IMG/VR virus record: IMGVR_UViG_3300027987_000314
Location: 1-38,166 of that record
Length of the DNA stretch: 38,166 nucleotides
Direction: 5' to 3' (one strand)
From: a virus
Lineage: Duplodnaviria > Caudoviricetes
The notes under the pieces are model-generated. The model was given only the letters and a program-made list of their open reading frames with translations. It searched no databases and was not told where the DNA came from. Position 1 is the stretch's first letter; every line of letters starts with the position of its first letter. The position numbers were made by a program, and so were the translations under genes. This document shows, one piece after another, positions 1 to 9,293 of the stretch.

Positions 1-144
1 ATCGGTGCTGCGTACCGGTCGGCGGCACCGAACCAGGTGACCCAATAGCCCTGACGGTTACCCGCCCCCACCCTGACGACCCGCACCTTCATGTCCTCAT
101 CCTCCTCGTCGATGTCATGCGTCCCGGCCTTTCGGTCGCCGATG
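1..144. repeat. Terminal direct repeat, left copy (circular overlap)
   Basis: 1-144 is identical to 38023-38166, and an ORF reads through the join. Confidence 0.95.
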
Positions 145-707
145 GTGGTGCTGGACGCGATCAGTCCGATGTCTATGGCGCCGGGGTCGCCATGGTCGTT
201 TTCCGGCACCTGCGAGTGCCCGTAGTGCCCGGCACGGCGCAGCCAGGTGAAGGGCGACCTGGTGCCCCCGATGCCCGGACGGGGCGGAGGGCCGGCCGGC
301 CAGGCGTCGGGAACGCCGTGAGACCGGGCGAAGTCCATCAGGGTGCCGAGGCCATGATGTCCGGCCTCGGTGAGGTCCGCCGTCCATGGGTTCCGGGCAT
401 ACCCGATCACCTCGACCTGCAGACAGACCGACCCCTGCCGGTTTGTCTGCACCCCGCCGGGCAGATTCTTCAGACCCCGCCCGGCTACCGAGGCCGGAAT
501 GATCTGCACGATACTCCCGGATGTCGGATTGAAGACGAAGTGCACCTCATTCCCGGCGCGCATCAGTCGGGAAGCGCCGTTGGCCGCGGACAGCGAATAT
601 GGTGCCTCAAAGGTGTGCCACACCATCCGCGGCGGGCCGCCGATCATGATTCCGCCATTGTGCGATGACATCATCATCGGCACACCGGGCATCCATTCTC
701 TAGCCAT
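1..707 (-). CDS. Endolysin, N-acetylmuramoyl-L-alanine amidase (Amidase_2-like), 5' part; continues across the join to 37863 (about 288 aa)
   Basis: Manual translation from ATG 707 gives MAREWMPG...VWHTFE...VHFVF...LQVEVIG...GHYGHSQVPENDHGDPG, which has Zn-amidase His/Glu motifs. It is absent from the ORF track because it runs off the edge, and it follows the holin. Confidence 0.85.
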   Translation of the reverse strand, partial: MAREWMPGVPMMMSSHNGGIMIGGPPRMVWHTFEAPYSLSAANGASRLMRAGNEVHFVFNPTSGSIVQIIPASVAGRGLKNLPGGVQTNRQGSVCLQVEVIGYARNPWTADLTEAGHHGLGTLMDFARSHGVPDAWPAGPPPRPGIGGTRSPFTWLRRAGHYGHSQVPENDHGDPGAIDIGLIASSTTIGDRKAGTHDIDEEDEDMKVRVVRVGAGNRQGYWVTWFGAADRYAAP

Positions 708-954
708 TCGTTCCACCACCACCCATCAGATCCCGTGGCGTGCGCTCGCGGGACCCCCTACCGTATGCCTGCGTCCACTTCGTCACGGCTCCGGCCAGTA
801 CGACCAGAACGGGGCCGATCAGCGCCCACGGCCCGCCGTCCGGCAGGAGTGGAACCATATCCGTCACTACCCATCCGGCCAGCACCGCGGCTACGCCGAC
901 CAGTAGGTCGCGTGCCCAGGTCGGCCACCTGTCAATCACTCCACTCATCGCCAC
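700..954 (-). CDS. Putative holin
   Basis: 84 aa with two hydrophobic segments and a charged C-terminus; overlaps the endolysin start. Confidence 0.7.
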   Translation of the reverse strand: MAMSGVIDRWPTWARDLLVGVAAVLAGWVVTDMVPLLPDGGPWALIGPVLVVLAGAVTKWTQAYGRGSRERTPRDLMGGGGTNG

Positions 955-967
955 AGCATGCCACCAT
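948..967 (+). promoter_or_regulatory. Tandem 10-bp motif TCGCCACAGC ATGCCACCAT at the start of the lysis cassette
   Basis: The first unit is identical to the unit in the pentapeptide gene promoters. Confidence 0.45.
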
Positions 968-1416
968 CAGTCAATGAGGTACCAGCCATCAATGCTGATC
1001 TGGTCTCCGTTCGCCGGGGCGACGGGCGCCGCGTTGGTGCAGGGGGATATCGTCGATCCGCCCTGCATCGCGAAGACCGTGCTCGCACCGGCGGAGGTCG
1101 GCATGAGTAGGAGACGGTACCGGGCCGACCCTGAAGTGTCCCGTAACAGCCCGGTGCCGATCGAGTCCTCCAGTCCGAGCGAGCTGCTCATGGCCACCGG
1201 CAACGAAAAAGTGTAATTCCCCGAACCTGCAGTGAAAGAAGCGCCGGGGGTGAATTGCGCATGGAAGAACACGATCTTTCCGGCGGAAAAATACCATCCG
1301 GTAGACGTGTAGTTCGTCGGCGCCGTGGTCGACGCTGACCACACCGGCGAGTATGACGTCGACGTCACGATGACGTCCGTCGTTCGGACCTTATTCCCGG
1401 CCTGGGCCACGCTCAT
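967..1416 (-). CDS. Minor tail / tail-tip protein
   Basis: 149 aa, beta-rich (GSGNYTFSLPV...ISIDGWY); last gene of the tail module. Confidence 0.6.
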   Translation of the reverse strand: MSVAQAGNKVRTTDVIVTSTSYSPVWSASTTAPTNYTSTGWYFSAGKIVFFHAQFTPGASFTAGSGNYTFSLPVAMSSSLGLEDSIGTGLLRDTSGSARYRLLLMPTSAGASTVFAMQGGSTISPCTNAAPVAPANGDQISIDGWYLID

Positions 1417-4151
1417 TCAAGCCCCCAATAATTCGGCTGATAGATGTCGATTGCATCCCCGTTGCTGTGCGTGGCGACAACGCCGTTCACTGAGCGCGTG
1501 ACGGTCAGGGTGTAGCTCGGGTGGCTGCCCGAGATTCCCGTCACCGTCATCACCTCGCCATTCACCCTCACCTGGTAGTCCCCGTCATCATGTGCCCACT
1601 CGCAGAAGCTCGGCGCGGTAATGTCGACGCCGGTCTCGGTAGTGTCCAGATCCTCGGCGATGACCGCCCCCTCGCCGGACCACCTCGATCCGGCGTCGCC
1701 CCAGATCCCGACCCGAAATCCCTCGTAGGGCCAGCATCGACAGGAGATTCGGTGTGTGAAATGGTCCACGGCGTGCTGCATGCCGACGACCAGGAATTCG
1801 AGGTCGTCAGCGCCATCGTCCGCCGGGGGGTTGATCACATCGACCCGGTCGCCGATCCGTACGGCCAGCGCGGCCTTCCGATCCGCCGTGGCCGAGAAGG
1901 CCGACCTGGCCAGTTCGATCGGTAGGTCCGCCGTCCGGGGCGCATCCATCGTGCCCAGGTGCAGACGCCATGACAGCTGATCGGCCAAGTGCCGGTCGAA
2001 TTCCAGGGATAGCGTGGCTGTGTCCGGTGAGACACCGGCGCCGTCCGGTGGATCGGCCGTGCCCAGCGGTCCCGAGTCGACAGAATCGCGGACCTTGCTC
2101 CCGCCATCCCGGCTCAGTTCCAGTTGATTGGCAGTCAGCTCGTCATCGTCGATCGGGGCCCAGCCGGACAGGTCGGCCACGGAGTAGTCCAGCGTCAGCC
2201 TCGCCGAGGTCTGCCCGGTCATCGACGACCGGGTTCGATAGGCCAGGGCCCACTCGTCCCGCTCAGCGACCAGGATCCCCCCGTCAGCCACGGCGCATTC
2301 GCGCATCAGGTCACCGACCGACTTGATCAGCTGAGGACCCATGTGCACGGTCTGATACCGGCCACCGTGCAGTCGCAGGATCATGCTCTCCTCACCCGCG
2401 ATGCGTAACAGCCGGATCCCGGCCTGCTCATCGTTCGAGACGGCACCGGTGTAGGCGGCGAGCAGATCGTCGTCCGAAAAGGTCGAGCTGACCACGGACT
2501 GTACGGTGATGTGCCCGACCGCCAGATCAGTCAGGGCCAGATCGGGACCGACGGTCAATACCGAGGCGGAGTCGACCGTGTAGCCGACGAGGGTCCCACT
2601 GACGGCCGACCCGGTCGAATATCCCACGCCGAGGGTGGCGAAGACATAATCGACATCCGACCCGTTCCGTGACAGTGACAATGAAAGCCTAAAATGCGCC
2701 CCGTTTAGATTGAAAGCATAATACCCATCGGTGAGAATGGTCGACCCCGCAGAATCCCGGGCTATCAGTTGCAGGTTCCCACTGGAACTGAGATTGACTT
2801 CCCAGATCATCGCGGTCCCGTCAGTGACCAACTTCAGCAGTCGCTGGGTGGTCACCCCACCGTCCGGAATGTGAACCAGCATCCGGACCTGGATATCACC
2901 GGTACCTGAATAGCTGGGAATGCCGGACACCAGCGCCGACCCGGACGCCAGGGTCAGAATCGGCTCGGAGCAGGTAAAGATCGAATCGCTCGCCGGCGTC
3001 GGCGAGCCGACGATCCTCATCGATGGATGACCGTCGAGGCCACTGGCGACAGAGGTGGCATCCGCAGCGTCCTCACACGGCCAGTAGGCAACCACAGAGG
3101 CCATCGGAGCCACGGCGGAGGTCACCCCGCGGCGGTACGCCGACCCCGCCGGGGTCCTACTTCGCAGGAGCCTGGTACTCAGGTCCGAGCTGGTTGCGGC
3201 GACCGTGACGTCGGTGCCGGAGGTATCCCGCGATCTTGGCCAGGCCCGGATCTCACCGTGCCAGAGGTACTCTCGGTCGGAGATCTCCGCCGTGCCGTTC
3301 TGGGTCCAGGTATTGCCTTGCCCGTCATCGAAGGTCGCAACCCCGGCCGTCTGTGCGGTGAAATCCGGGTCCGCGACCGCACTACCACCGATCCCGTCGT
3401 ACACCGCAGCTTCGTGCACCTGACCGACGAAGCGCCCGCCCGTCGTTCCGTCGCCCACGGCGACCACGGCGGTGCCGTCGTAGATCGAGGCGGTACCGGA
3501 GGTGGTGACCGCGTCACCCAACTGGGTCGTGCTACCACCGACCGAGCCGGCTGTGTAGAAGGTCGTGACGTGATTTCCGCTCCCGTCATTGACATCCATC
3601 GTGACCTTGATAGTCAGGCGTCCGATCTCGATCGGCACAACGGCGGTAGACGTCTCGGCATGCGTGGTGGTGCCATCATCCGACCAGTACCAGGTAATGG
3701 TTCCGTCATCATTCGGGTTTATCGCCCACGACCGGTTCCCGACCGCCGAGGTCCATTTACTGATGATGACCGTGCTGGTCCGCCAGGATTTCAGGGTGAC
3801 ATCCACCCAGACCTCGATGTCTCCAGTGATGGACAGTGCCGCCGAGTCCGGTGTCGAGCTGGTGTTGTTGTCGCCGGCACTACCGCCGAGGATCCGCAGG
3901 TAATTCTCCGCCGCATTCACGGAGCACCGGTGTGGGGTGTTCCGGCCGATGACCCCGTAGTAGGTACCGGACTGATTCCGCGGCGAGTAGTCCCCGGATC
4001 GGTTGTCCAGGGTGAAGACGCAGGAGGAGGTGCTATCCAGGCTCCGGTCCCCCTGCGGACCATGATTGATCGTCGTGGCCCCACGAGCGTCGCCCGTGAC
4101 ATCGACCCACCCGCCGAGGTACAGCTCGTGCTTCAGTCCGGTCACCATCAT
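1413..4151 (-). CDS. Large minor tail (hub/tip) protein with LamG/concanavalin-like regions
   Basis: 912 aa directly after the tape measure gene; N-terminal WVDVT...FTLDNRSGDYSPRN; S/T/G-rich beta regions. Confidence 0.75.
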   Translation of the reverse strand: MMVTGLKHELYLGGWVDVTGDARGATTINHGPQGDRSLDSTSSCVFTLDNRSGDYSPRNQSGTYYGVIGRNTPHRCSVNAAENYLRILGGSAGDNNTSSTPDSAALSITGDIEVWVDVTLKSWRTSTVIISKWTSAVGNRSWAINPNDDGTITWYWSDDGTTTHAETSTAVVPIEIGRLTIKVTMDVNDGSGNHVTTFYTAGSVGGSTTQLGDAVTTSGTASIYDGTAVVAVGDGTTGGRFVGQVHEAAVYDGIGGSAVADPDFTAQTAGVATFDDGQGNTWTQNGTAEISDREYLWHGEIRAWPRSRDTSGTDVTVAATSSDLSTRLLRSRTPAGSAYRRGVTSAVAPMASVVAYWPCEDAADATSVASGLDGHPSMRIVGSPTPASDSIFTCSEPILTLASGSALVSGIPSYSGTGDIQVRMLVHIPDGGVTTQRLLKLVTDGTAMIWEVNLSSSGNLQLIARDSAGSTILTDGYYAFNLNGAHFRLSLSLSRNGSDVDYVFATLGVGYSTGSAVSGTLVGYTVDSASVLTVGPDLALTDLAVGHITVQSVVSSTFSDDDLLAAYTGAVSNDEQAGIRLLRIAGEESMILRLHGGRYQTVHMGPQLIKSVGDLMRECAVADGGILVAERDEWALAYRTRSSMTGQTSARLTLDYSVADLSGWAPIDDDELTANQLELSRDGGSKVRDSVDSGPLGTADPPDGAGVSPDTATLSLEFDRHLADQLSWRLHLGTMDAPRTADLPIELARSAFSATADRKAALAVRIGDRVDVINPPADDGADDLEFLVVGMQHAVDHFTHRISCRCWPYEGFRVGIWGDAGSRWSGEGAVIAEDLDTTETGVDITAPSFCEWAHDDGDYQVRVNGEVMTVTGISGSHPSYTLTVTRSVNGVVATHSNGDAIDIYQPNYWGLE

Positions 4152-6184
4152 GCCCCCAGCGCCGCGGTGACCCCGCCACGGATCCTGATGTTCTTCCGGA
4201 GCCAGGACATGAACTCATCCCCGGCGGAGCCGCCCACCCACTCGATGACCAGTGCCTGCACCCCACCCCGCCCCCCGGTGGCCGTGGCGAGCATCCGCTC
4301 AGTGTCGGGATTGCTGTGCACGGTGGAGCCGGGGGCCGTCTCGATCAGCTCCCGGCCGTGCTCGCCGACCATGATCAGTCCACTGCGGGGACCACCCCCC
4401 TGCGCCCCGATGATCCCACCGTGGGCGAAGGCCGTGGCGCGGCCGGGCTTCGCATTCAGTACGCGCTCGAAATAGCCCGTACTGACCCGCGTTCCATTGA
4501 CCTTCGAGATCACGTCGACGGACACGGTTCTGCTGTGGATCCCGGCAAGCGCAGCATTGGCCCGGTCGCGGAATTTCTGGAATTCCTTGTCCGCCGCTCT
4601 CAGCTTCGGACCGATTCCGGGGATGAACCCGAAGGCGACGGCGGCAGCATGCAGGATCTGCCCGAGGCCTTGTAGCCAGACGTCCACCATTGCCCGGAAT
4701 ACGGTCCATAGCGGCTTTATCAGTGCGGTGGTGAACTTGATCTGGTACGACAGTGCGGCGATGGCCACGACGACAGCACCGATGACCACCCCGGCGACGG
4801 TGCCGAGGGCGATGCCGAGGGCCTCCAACAGTTCCATCCATGGCACGCCTGAATTCCTGGCTCTGTCGATCGCGTCCTGGAAATTATCCATCGCCACCTG
4901 GATCAGTGGCATTGCCTTGTCTACAATGCTCATGATCGTGCCGTAGTAGCTCTTGGCGTAAGAGATGAGTCCGTCAAGGGCCGCACTAAGCGCGGGAATC
5001 AGGTTATGTGACAGTTCGGAGATGACCGGGCCGGCCTTAGCTCGCACATCGTCCCAGACCGGAGCCAGCTTCTGACCGATCTTCTCGGCCAGGTCCACAG
5101 CGGCGCCTCCCGTGGCTGTGAACCCTGCGCTCATCTTGCGTTTGAAGCGTTCGATCTTCGCACCGGACGTTTCCTGCATCGCCCTGCCCGCGGCGTCGGT
5201 GGCGCCGGCGACCTGCCCGAGAGCCTTGACCGCCTCGCTCGGGTCCAGGGCGTACAGGGCGTCGCCGAGGTCCTCGGCCTTGGTCCCGAAGAGTTGCACG
5301 GCCGCGGCGGAGCGTGCGATCGGATCCTTGATTCCGCGCAGCCGGTCCAGCGTCAGGTCCAGGGCCTTGTTGGCCCTGGGGCCGCCCGCGGCGATGTCCT
5401 CAGCCATTCGCTTACCGGACAGGCCAAGAGCCTTGAAGCCAGCTGCCGTATTCTTCGAGCCGTCGATTGCCCGGATCGAGAATTCCTTGATGGCATCCGC
5501 AACGGTGTCGGCGTCCCGCGCTCCGGCCTTCAGGCCTTGGCTGAGCAGTCCTGTCATCTGCTGCCCGGAGATACCGACCTTCCGGAACTGCGTTCCGTAC
5601 TCCGTCACCGTTTCCAGTAAATCATCGGCCTTGTTGGCCGACGACTGAAAGCCTTTGGTGATGATATCGAATGCCTCATCGGCATTCCCAGCCAGGCCCG
5701 TGCGCAGCAGCTGCCCCACGGCGGCAGTCACGCCGCCGAGGTCCTGGTCGAAGGCCTGCGCGACCGTGAGCGCCTTCTTGCTCAGGCCTTCAAGGCCGCC
5801 CGCGGCACCTTTTCCGAGGTCGCCGATATTCTTCGTAACTCCTTCGATGGCTGCATTGACCTCTTCAAGACTGTCACCGAATCCGGCCGCATAGACATGG
5901 CCGGAGGTCTTGCCCAGCCGCTCGGCATCAAGCCCCGCGGCGCCGAGGCGGGCGGCCAGCCGGGCGTTCAGCTTCTCCCGGTCGAGCGCCGAGGACACCG
6001 CACCGGCCAGGGCCACCCCCGCAGCCAGTCCTGCACCCGCGGCTCCAGCGGCGAGCATCGGGCCCATCGACCTGAAGCGGGCGCCGATGCCCTTGGCGGT
6101 CCGGTCAGCACCGTGCCGCGCGCTCTCGAACCCATGCCGCGTCTCATCCCTGGACTTGACGACGATCTCAATATCGTTGCCCAC
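4148..6184 (-). CDS. Tape measure protein
   Basis: 678 aa, Ala/Gly-rich and helical; PhageMin_Tail-like core (EYGTQF...DTVADAIKEFSIR...LFGTKAEDLG); C-terminal FAHGG...VGEHGREL. Confidence 0.92.
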   Translation of the reverse strand: MGNDIEIVVKSRDETRHGFESARHGADRTAKGIGARFRSMGPMLAAGAAGAGLAAGVALAGAVSSALDREKLNARLAARLGAAGLDAERLGKTSGHVYAAGFGDSLEEVNAAIEGVTKNIGDLGKGAAGGLEGLSKKALTVAQAFDQDLGGVTAAVGQLLRTGLAGNADEAFDIITKGFQSSANKADDLLETVTEYGTQFRKVGISGQQMTGLLSQGLKAGARDADTVADAIKEFSIRAIDGSKNTAAGFKALGLSGKRMAEDIAAGGPRANKALDLTLDRLRGIKDPIARSAAAVQLFGTKAEDLGDALYALDPSEAVKALGQVAGATDAAGRAMQETSGAKIERFKRKMSAGFTATGGAAVDLAEKIGQKLAPVWDDVRAKAGPVISELSHNLIPALSAALDGLISYAKSYYGTIMSIVDKAMPLIQVAMDNFQDAIDRARNSGVPWMELLEALGIALGTVAGVVIGAVVVAIAALSYQIKFTTALIKPLWTVFRAMVDVWLQGLGQILHAAAVAFGFIPGIGPKLRAADKEFQKFRDRANAALAGIHSRTVSVDVISKVNGTRVSTGYFERVLNAKPGRATAFAHGGIIGAQGGGPRSGLIMVGEHGRELIETAPGSTVHSNPDTERMLATATGGRGGVQALVIEWVGGSAGDEFMSWLRKNIRIRGGVTAALGA

Positions 6185-6204
6185 CCTGGCTCACCTCCCC
6201 CCGC

Positions 6205-6438
6205 CTACCGGTACGGGTCCTGCGCGTCCTCGTCGGGACGACCGCGTTTTCTTATCGCCAGCATTCGCAGCAGCTCGACGTCCTCTGCCAGCAGGGCACC
6301 GGGAAGGACATGGAATTGCTCGCACAATCCGCAGACGAGCTCAGCCCAGATCAGCTCGTCGGGCTTGGAGACGACACCTCCATCGGAATCAACTCCTCCA
6401 GGGACATCCCGCCAGAGGTCGAGCCTGCGTCCAAAGGG
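6205..6438 (-). CDS. Tail assembly chaperone, -1 frameshift extension (gpGT-like)
   Basis: The -1 frame stays open from slippery heptamer C CCT TTG (6438-6432) to the stop at 6205; it lies between the chaperone and tape measure genes. Confidence 0.7.
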   Translation of the reverse strand, partial: PFGRRLDLWRDVPGGVDSDGGVVSKPDELIWAELVCGLCEQFHVLPGALLAEDVELLRMLAIRKRGRPDEDAQDPYR

Positions 6439-6788
6439 TCCGGAACACCGGCCACGGCCGTCATCCACTGCATCACGATCTCAAGGAAGAGATCGAGGTC
6501 GATGGACAGAACCCCGTCCCGCGTACAGGGAACGGGGCTCCCCTCGTCGTCCTCCATGTTCCACTCGATGAGCGCCTCGGCGAACTCCCCGGCCAGTTCG
6601 CCCATCGCCGCCAGTCCGCCGGAGACACCGGGGTCGGCGACATCGTCCTTTCCGCCGGATATCTCGATCAGTGTCTGCAGGCGCAGAAAAGCGCCGATCG
6701 GTACGGAGGTGGCCCGGACCACCAGGCCGGCCAGCTCCGGGTCCTCGAAGGTCAGCCGGTAGACCTTCGGCCTTGGACGGAACCCCAT
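6351..6788 (-). CDS. Tail assembly chaperone (gpG-like)
   Basis: 145 aa, acidic, EWNMEDDEG motif; between tail tube and tape measure genes. Confidence 0.75.
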   Translation of the reverse strand: MGFRPRPKVYRLTFEDPELAGLVVRATSVPIGAFLRLQTLIEISGGKDDVADPGVSGGLAAMGELAGEFAEALIEWNMEDDEGSPVPCTRDGVLSIDLDLFLEIVMQWMTAVAGVPDPLDAGSTSGGMSLEELIPMEVSSPSPTS

Positions 6789-6800
6789 CTCACCGCCCCC

Positions 6801-7208
6801 TTACGCCCAGGTCGGAACGGTGCCGTCGGCGAGGACGCCAGGTGCTGTCCAGGTGAGCTCGCCGGAATTGGACCTGCTCAGCTGATAGTCGGTGTAGAGC
6901 AGCTCCCCTGCAAGGGTGACCCCCGACTGCGTGAGTGTGGTCGTACGATTGACCGACGTCGAGGTGACCGTCTTGAAAACGTCGTGCGATTGATTCGCCG
7001 CGACATTCAGCACCCCGTTCGCAGTGACCGACATGTCCGCCAGCAGGAGCAATCGTTCCATTGCCGACTTGTCGACGCCGGTGATGTCCTGCACGCCCCG
7101 GGGAGTTGAGACTGTGAAGTTCGTGATGTCGTTGATGATGGCCCGCGCGGTTCCCGAGCTGTCATCCACCGACAGCGTCGTCATCGCGAGTCCGGACTGC
7201 TTTGCCAT
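6801..7208 (-). CDS. Major tail tube protein
   Basis: 135 aa, Thr/Ser-rich; strong SD (GGAGAAGGGAG); immediately upstream of the chaperone. Confidence 0.7.
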   Translation of the reverse strand: MAKQSGLAMTTLSVDDSSGTARAIINDITNFTVSTPRGVQDITGVDKSAMERLLLLADMSVTANGVLNVAANQSHDVFKTVTSTSVNRTTTLTQSGVTLAGELLYTDYQLSRSNSGELTWTAPGVLADGTVPTWA

Positions 7209-7231
7209 GGCGCTCCCTTCTCCGTGCAGCC

Positions 7232-7669
7232 TTAGCCGCGATTGAGCGCCTCGACGAGGCGCTCCTGATGCTCACCGAAATCATCGACCCATTGCTGTCC
7301 GGTCAGCAGACGTCGGTAACCAGTGGGGTTACCGCGCCAATCACCGTCCCGGACAATGAAAAGCTCCGGACGCTCCAGTGGAATCCGATGCCTGGCCGCG
7401 GCGAAGCACCGTTGCCCAGGCCCGAATGTGTACCTGTGGAACCCGCCCTGCAACGGCTCGATCCGCATCCACTTCCGGCCGGACGAGCGAATGACACCCT
7501 CGTCTTCAGAATCGGCCAGGACCGTAGTGGTCCAGCCGTGTAGGTACGGCGGACACTCCACCTCGGCACAGGTCGCCTTGCGCCAATGCGTGCGCAGCGG
7601 CCTAGCGAAGTTATACGTCTTGTAGGACTGGACCGGCATTTTTGGCTCGATCCGGAACGGTGTCATCAT
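7232..7669 (-). CDS. Hypothetical tail-region protein (145 aa, Cys/His motifs)
   Basis: The likely start is ATG 7669, overlapping the upstream TGA (ATGA). The ORF-track extension to 8038 is a shadow of the neighbouring gene. Confidence 0.7.
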   Translation of the reverse strand: MMTPFRIEPKMPVQSYKTYNFARPLRTHWRKATCAEVECPPYLHGWTTTVLADSEDEGVIRSSGRKWMRIEPLQGGFHRYTFGPGQRCFAAARHRIPLERPELFIVRDGDWRGNPTGYRRLLTGQQWVDDFGEHQERLVEALNRG

Positions 7670-8424
7670 CCGAAAAGCACCTCCGTGTAATTCCGGACCA
7701 CGGCGACCGCGAAGACCAGGCTGGTAAACCCCCCGGTGGTACTGGTCACCACACGTAGGTACTGCTCCACCGTCAGATCCCGGGCGGTCTGGATCCGCTC
7801 CGTCGTCGGCCCCGAGGTGACCTCGGTGAATACTCCGCCGGTCACCGCAGCCCAGGCGTCGCCCGACCCGTTGTCCGAGGACTCCTCGAAGCTGATCGTC
7901 ACGTCCGTGCCGGCGAAGCTGAACACCTGCAGGTAGGCCTGCAGGCCGAAGTCGGTCTGCGCCCACAGGCCACCAATCCCGGCACCGTTCGTCGCCCCGG
8001 TGTCGGTCCTCTTCCCTGCAGTCATGAGCCAGGCCCATTCGAGGCCATACCCATTCGCCTGAGCCTGGACGCCGAAGGTCAGGCCACCGTCGCCCCCACG
8101 GTTCGGATCATAGTTGATCTGCTTGGAGACCAGGCAGGCCGCTTGATTTCCCTGCGTCGTCCCACGGCAGTACATCAGGTGTACGTCCGTCGTGGGGAGC
8201 GCGGACAGTACGGGATGCGCCTGGCCTGCGGCCGGATTGAAGAATGCGGTGTATTCGATCCTGCCGTCCCGGATCCCGCCGATCCGCTCGTAGCCGGACG
8301 CGTTGATCCCGGTGACATCGAGAGCGGTCGGGCCGCCACCGATCGCGCTGAGCGACCCGATATCTCCGGACAGGTCATACCCGCCGACGTAGAGGTTGTC
8401 GCCGAGGCCGGATTCCTTGCTCAT
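7666..8424 (-). CDS. Second tail-tube-like protein with C-terminal extra domain
   Basis: The N-terminal ~125 aa align by eye with 6801-7208 (MSKESGL/MAKQSGL; DVTGINASGYER/DITGVDKSAMER). Confidence 0.65.
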   Translation of the reverse strand: MSKESGLGDNLYVGGYDLSGDIGSLSAIGGGPTALDVTGINASGYERIGGIRDGRIEYTAFFNPAAGQAHPVLSALPTTDVHLMYCRGTTQGNQAACLVSKQINYDPNRGGDGGLTFGVQAQANGYGLEWAWLMTAGKRTDTGATNGAGIGGLWAQTDFGLQAYLQVFSFAGTDVTISFEESSDNGSGDAWAAVTGGVFTEVTSGPTTERIQTARDLTVEQYLRVVTSTTGGFTSLVFAVAVVRNYTEVLFG

Positions 8425-8433
8425 TTAGACACC

Positions 8434-8901
8434 TCACTCGGCCTGGGTAAAAAGATCATTGACGATGCAAGGAATGCTGACCACGGCGATTCGGTACTTC
8501 TTACCGTCCTGATCCAGGTATCCCATGCGCATATTCAGCCCCGCCCCGTAACCACCCAGCAGGTCAACATCCCGGACGTTGCCGCCGAGGGTGAAATCAC
8601 CACTCACCCGTCCCATGAAATCGATGGCAACCTTGCCCATGACCAGCTCCACGGCGTCGCGCGGCTCCACAAAGGCCGAAGCGTACAACCTCGCCTGCAA
8701 GTCGAGTAGCGCCGAAGTGGAGGCCAGGCCGGAGGACCTGACGGGAGAGAGGCCGTTTAGCCAGAACGAAGCGAAAAGCTGGTCGCCTACCTCCGGCGCA
8801 CTCTTCGGCTCATGCCCGGTCACCGCGGCGAACCACCCGGACGCCTGTGCATGCGAGCGCAGGACGTCCAGGGTCGCGGTCAGGTCAAAAGCCATTACCA
8901 C
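8434..8901 (-). CDS. Tail terminator-like protein
   Basis: 155 aa; position in the neck cluster; DFTLGGNV motif. Confidence 0.6.
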   Translation of the reverse strand: MVMAFDLTATLDVLRSHAQASGWFAAVTGHEPKSAPEVGDQLFASFWLNGLSPVRSSGLASTSALLDLQARLYASAFVEPRDAVELVMGKVAIDFMGRVSGDFTLGGNVRDVDLLGGYGAGLNMRMGYLDQDGKKYRIAVVSIPCIVNDLFTQAE

Positions 8902-9290
8902 GCACCTCCGCCCAGCTCGCGCAACAGAATGTTCAGGGAATTCCTGATGATGATTTCTTTCCGGCCATCGACCAGATCATGTGCGCGACGAAAAGCCTGA
9001 TACCCCTTGAATCGGGTGGTCCGATTACGCCGTGAGACACCTTCGAGCCAGGCTCCGTAAATAATCCCCCGGTCATGCACGATGATCTCGTCGTAGTCCA
9101 TCCTCTCCATGGTGATCTGTGTTTCGTAGTACGGGGTCGGGACCTGAATCTTCCGATTCAGCCGGTCCTGCACCTTTTCGATCACCACGGAGCTGATGTC
9201 CGCCGTAGCGGACTCGACGAAGCGCTCGACGATCGCCTGCGCCCGGCCGCCGAGGACCGGGCCACTCGTGCTGATCTCGACACTGATCAT
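8895..9290 (-). CDS. Neck / tail-completion protein (HK97 gp10-like)
   Basis: 131 aa; YGAWLEG...FKGYQAFRRA pattern; position in the neck cluster. Confidence 0.55.
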   Translation of the reverse strand: MISVEISTSGPVLGGRAQAIVERFVESATADISSVVIEKVQDRLNRKIQVPTPYYETQITMERMDYDEIIVHDRGIIYGAWLEGVSRRNRTTRFKGYQAFRRAHDLVDGRKEIIIRNSLNILLRELGGGAW

Positions 9291-9293
9291 GAG

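Noticed and set aside
946-954. Holin dual-start (GTG-GCG-ATG) like lambda S105/S107
   Set aside because: There is no charged residue between the two starts and no clear SD or structure, so it is unsupported.
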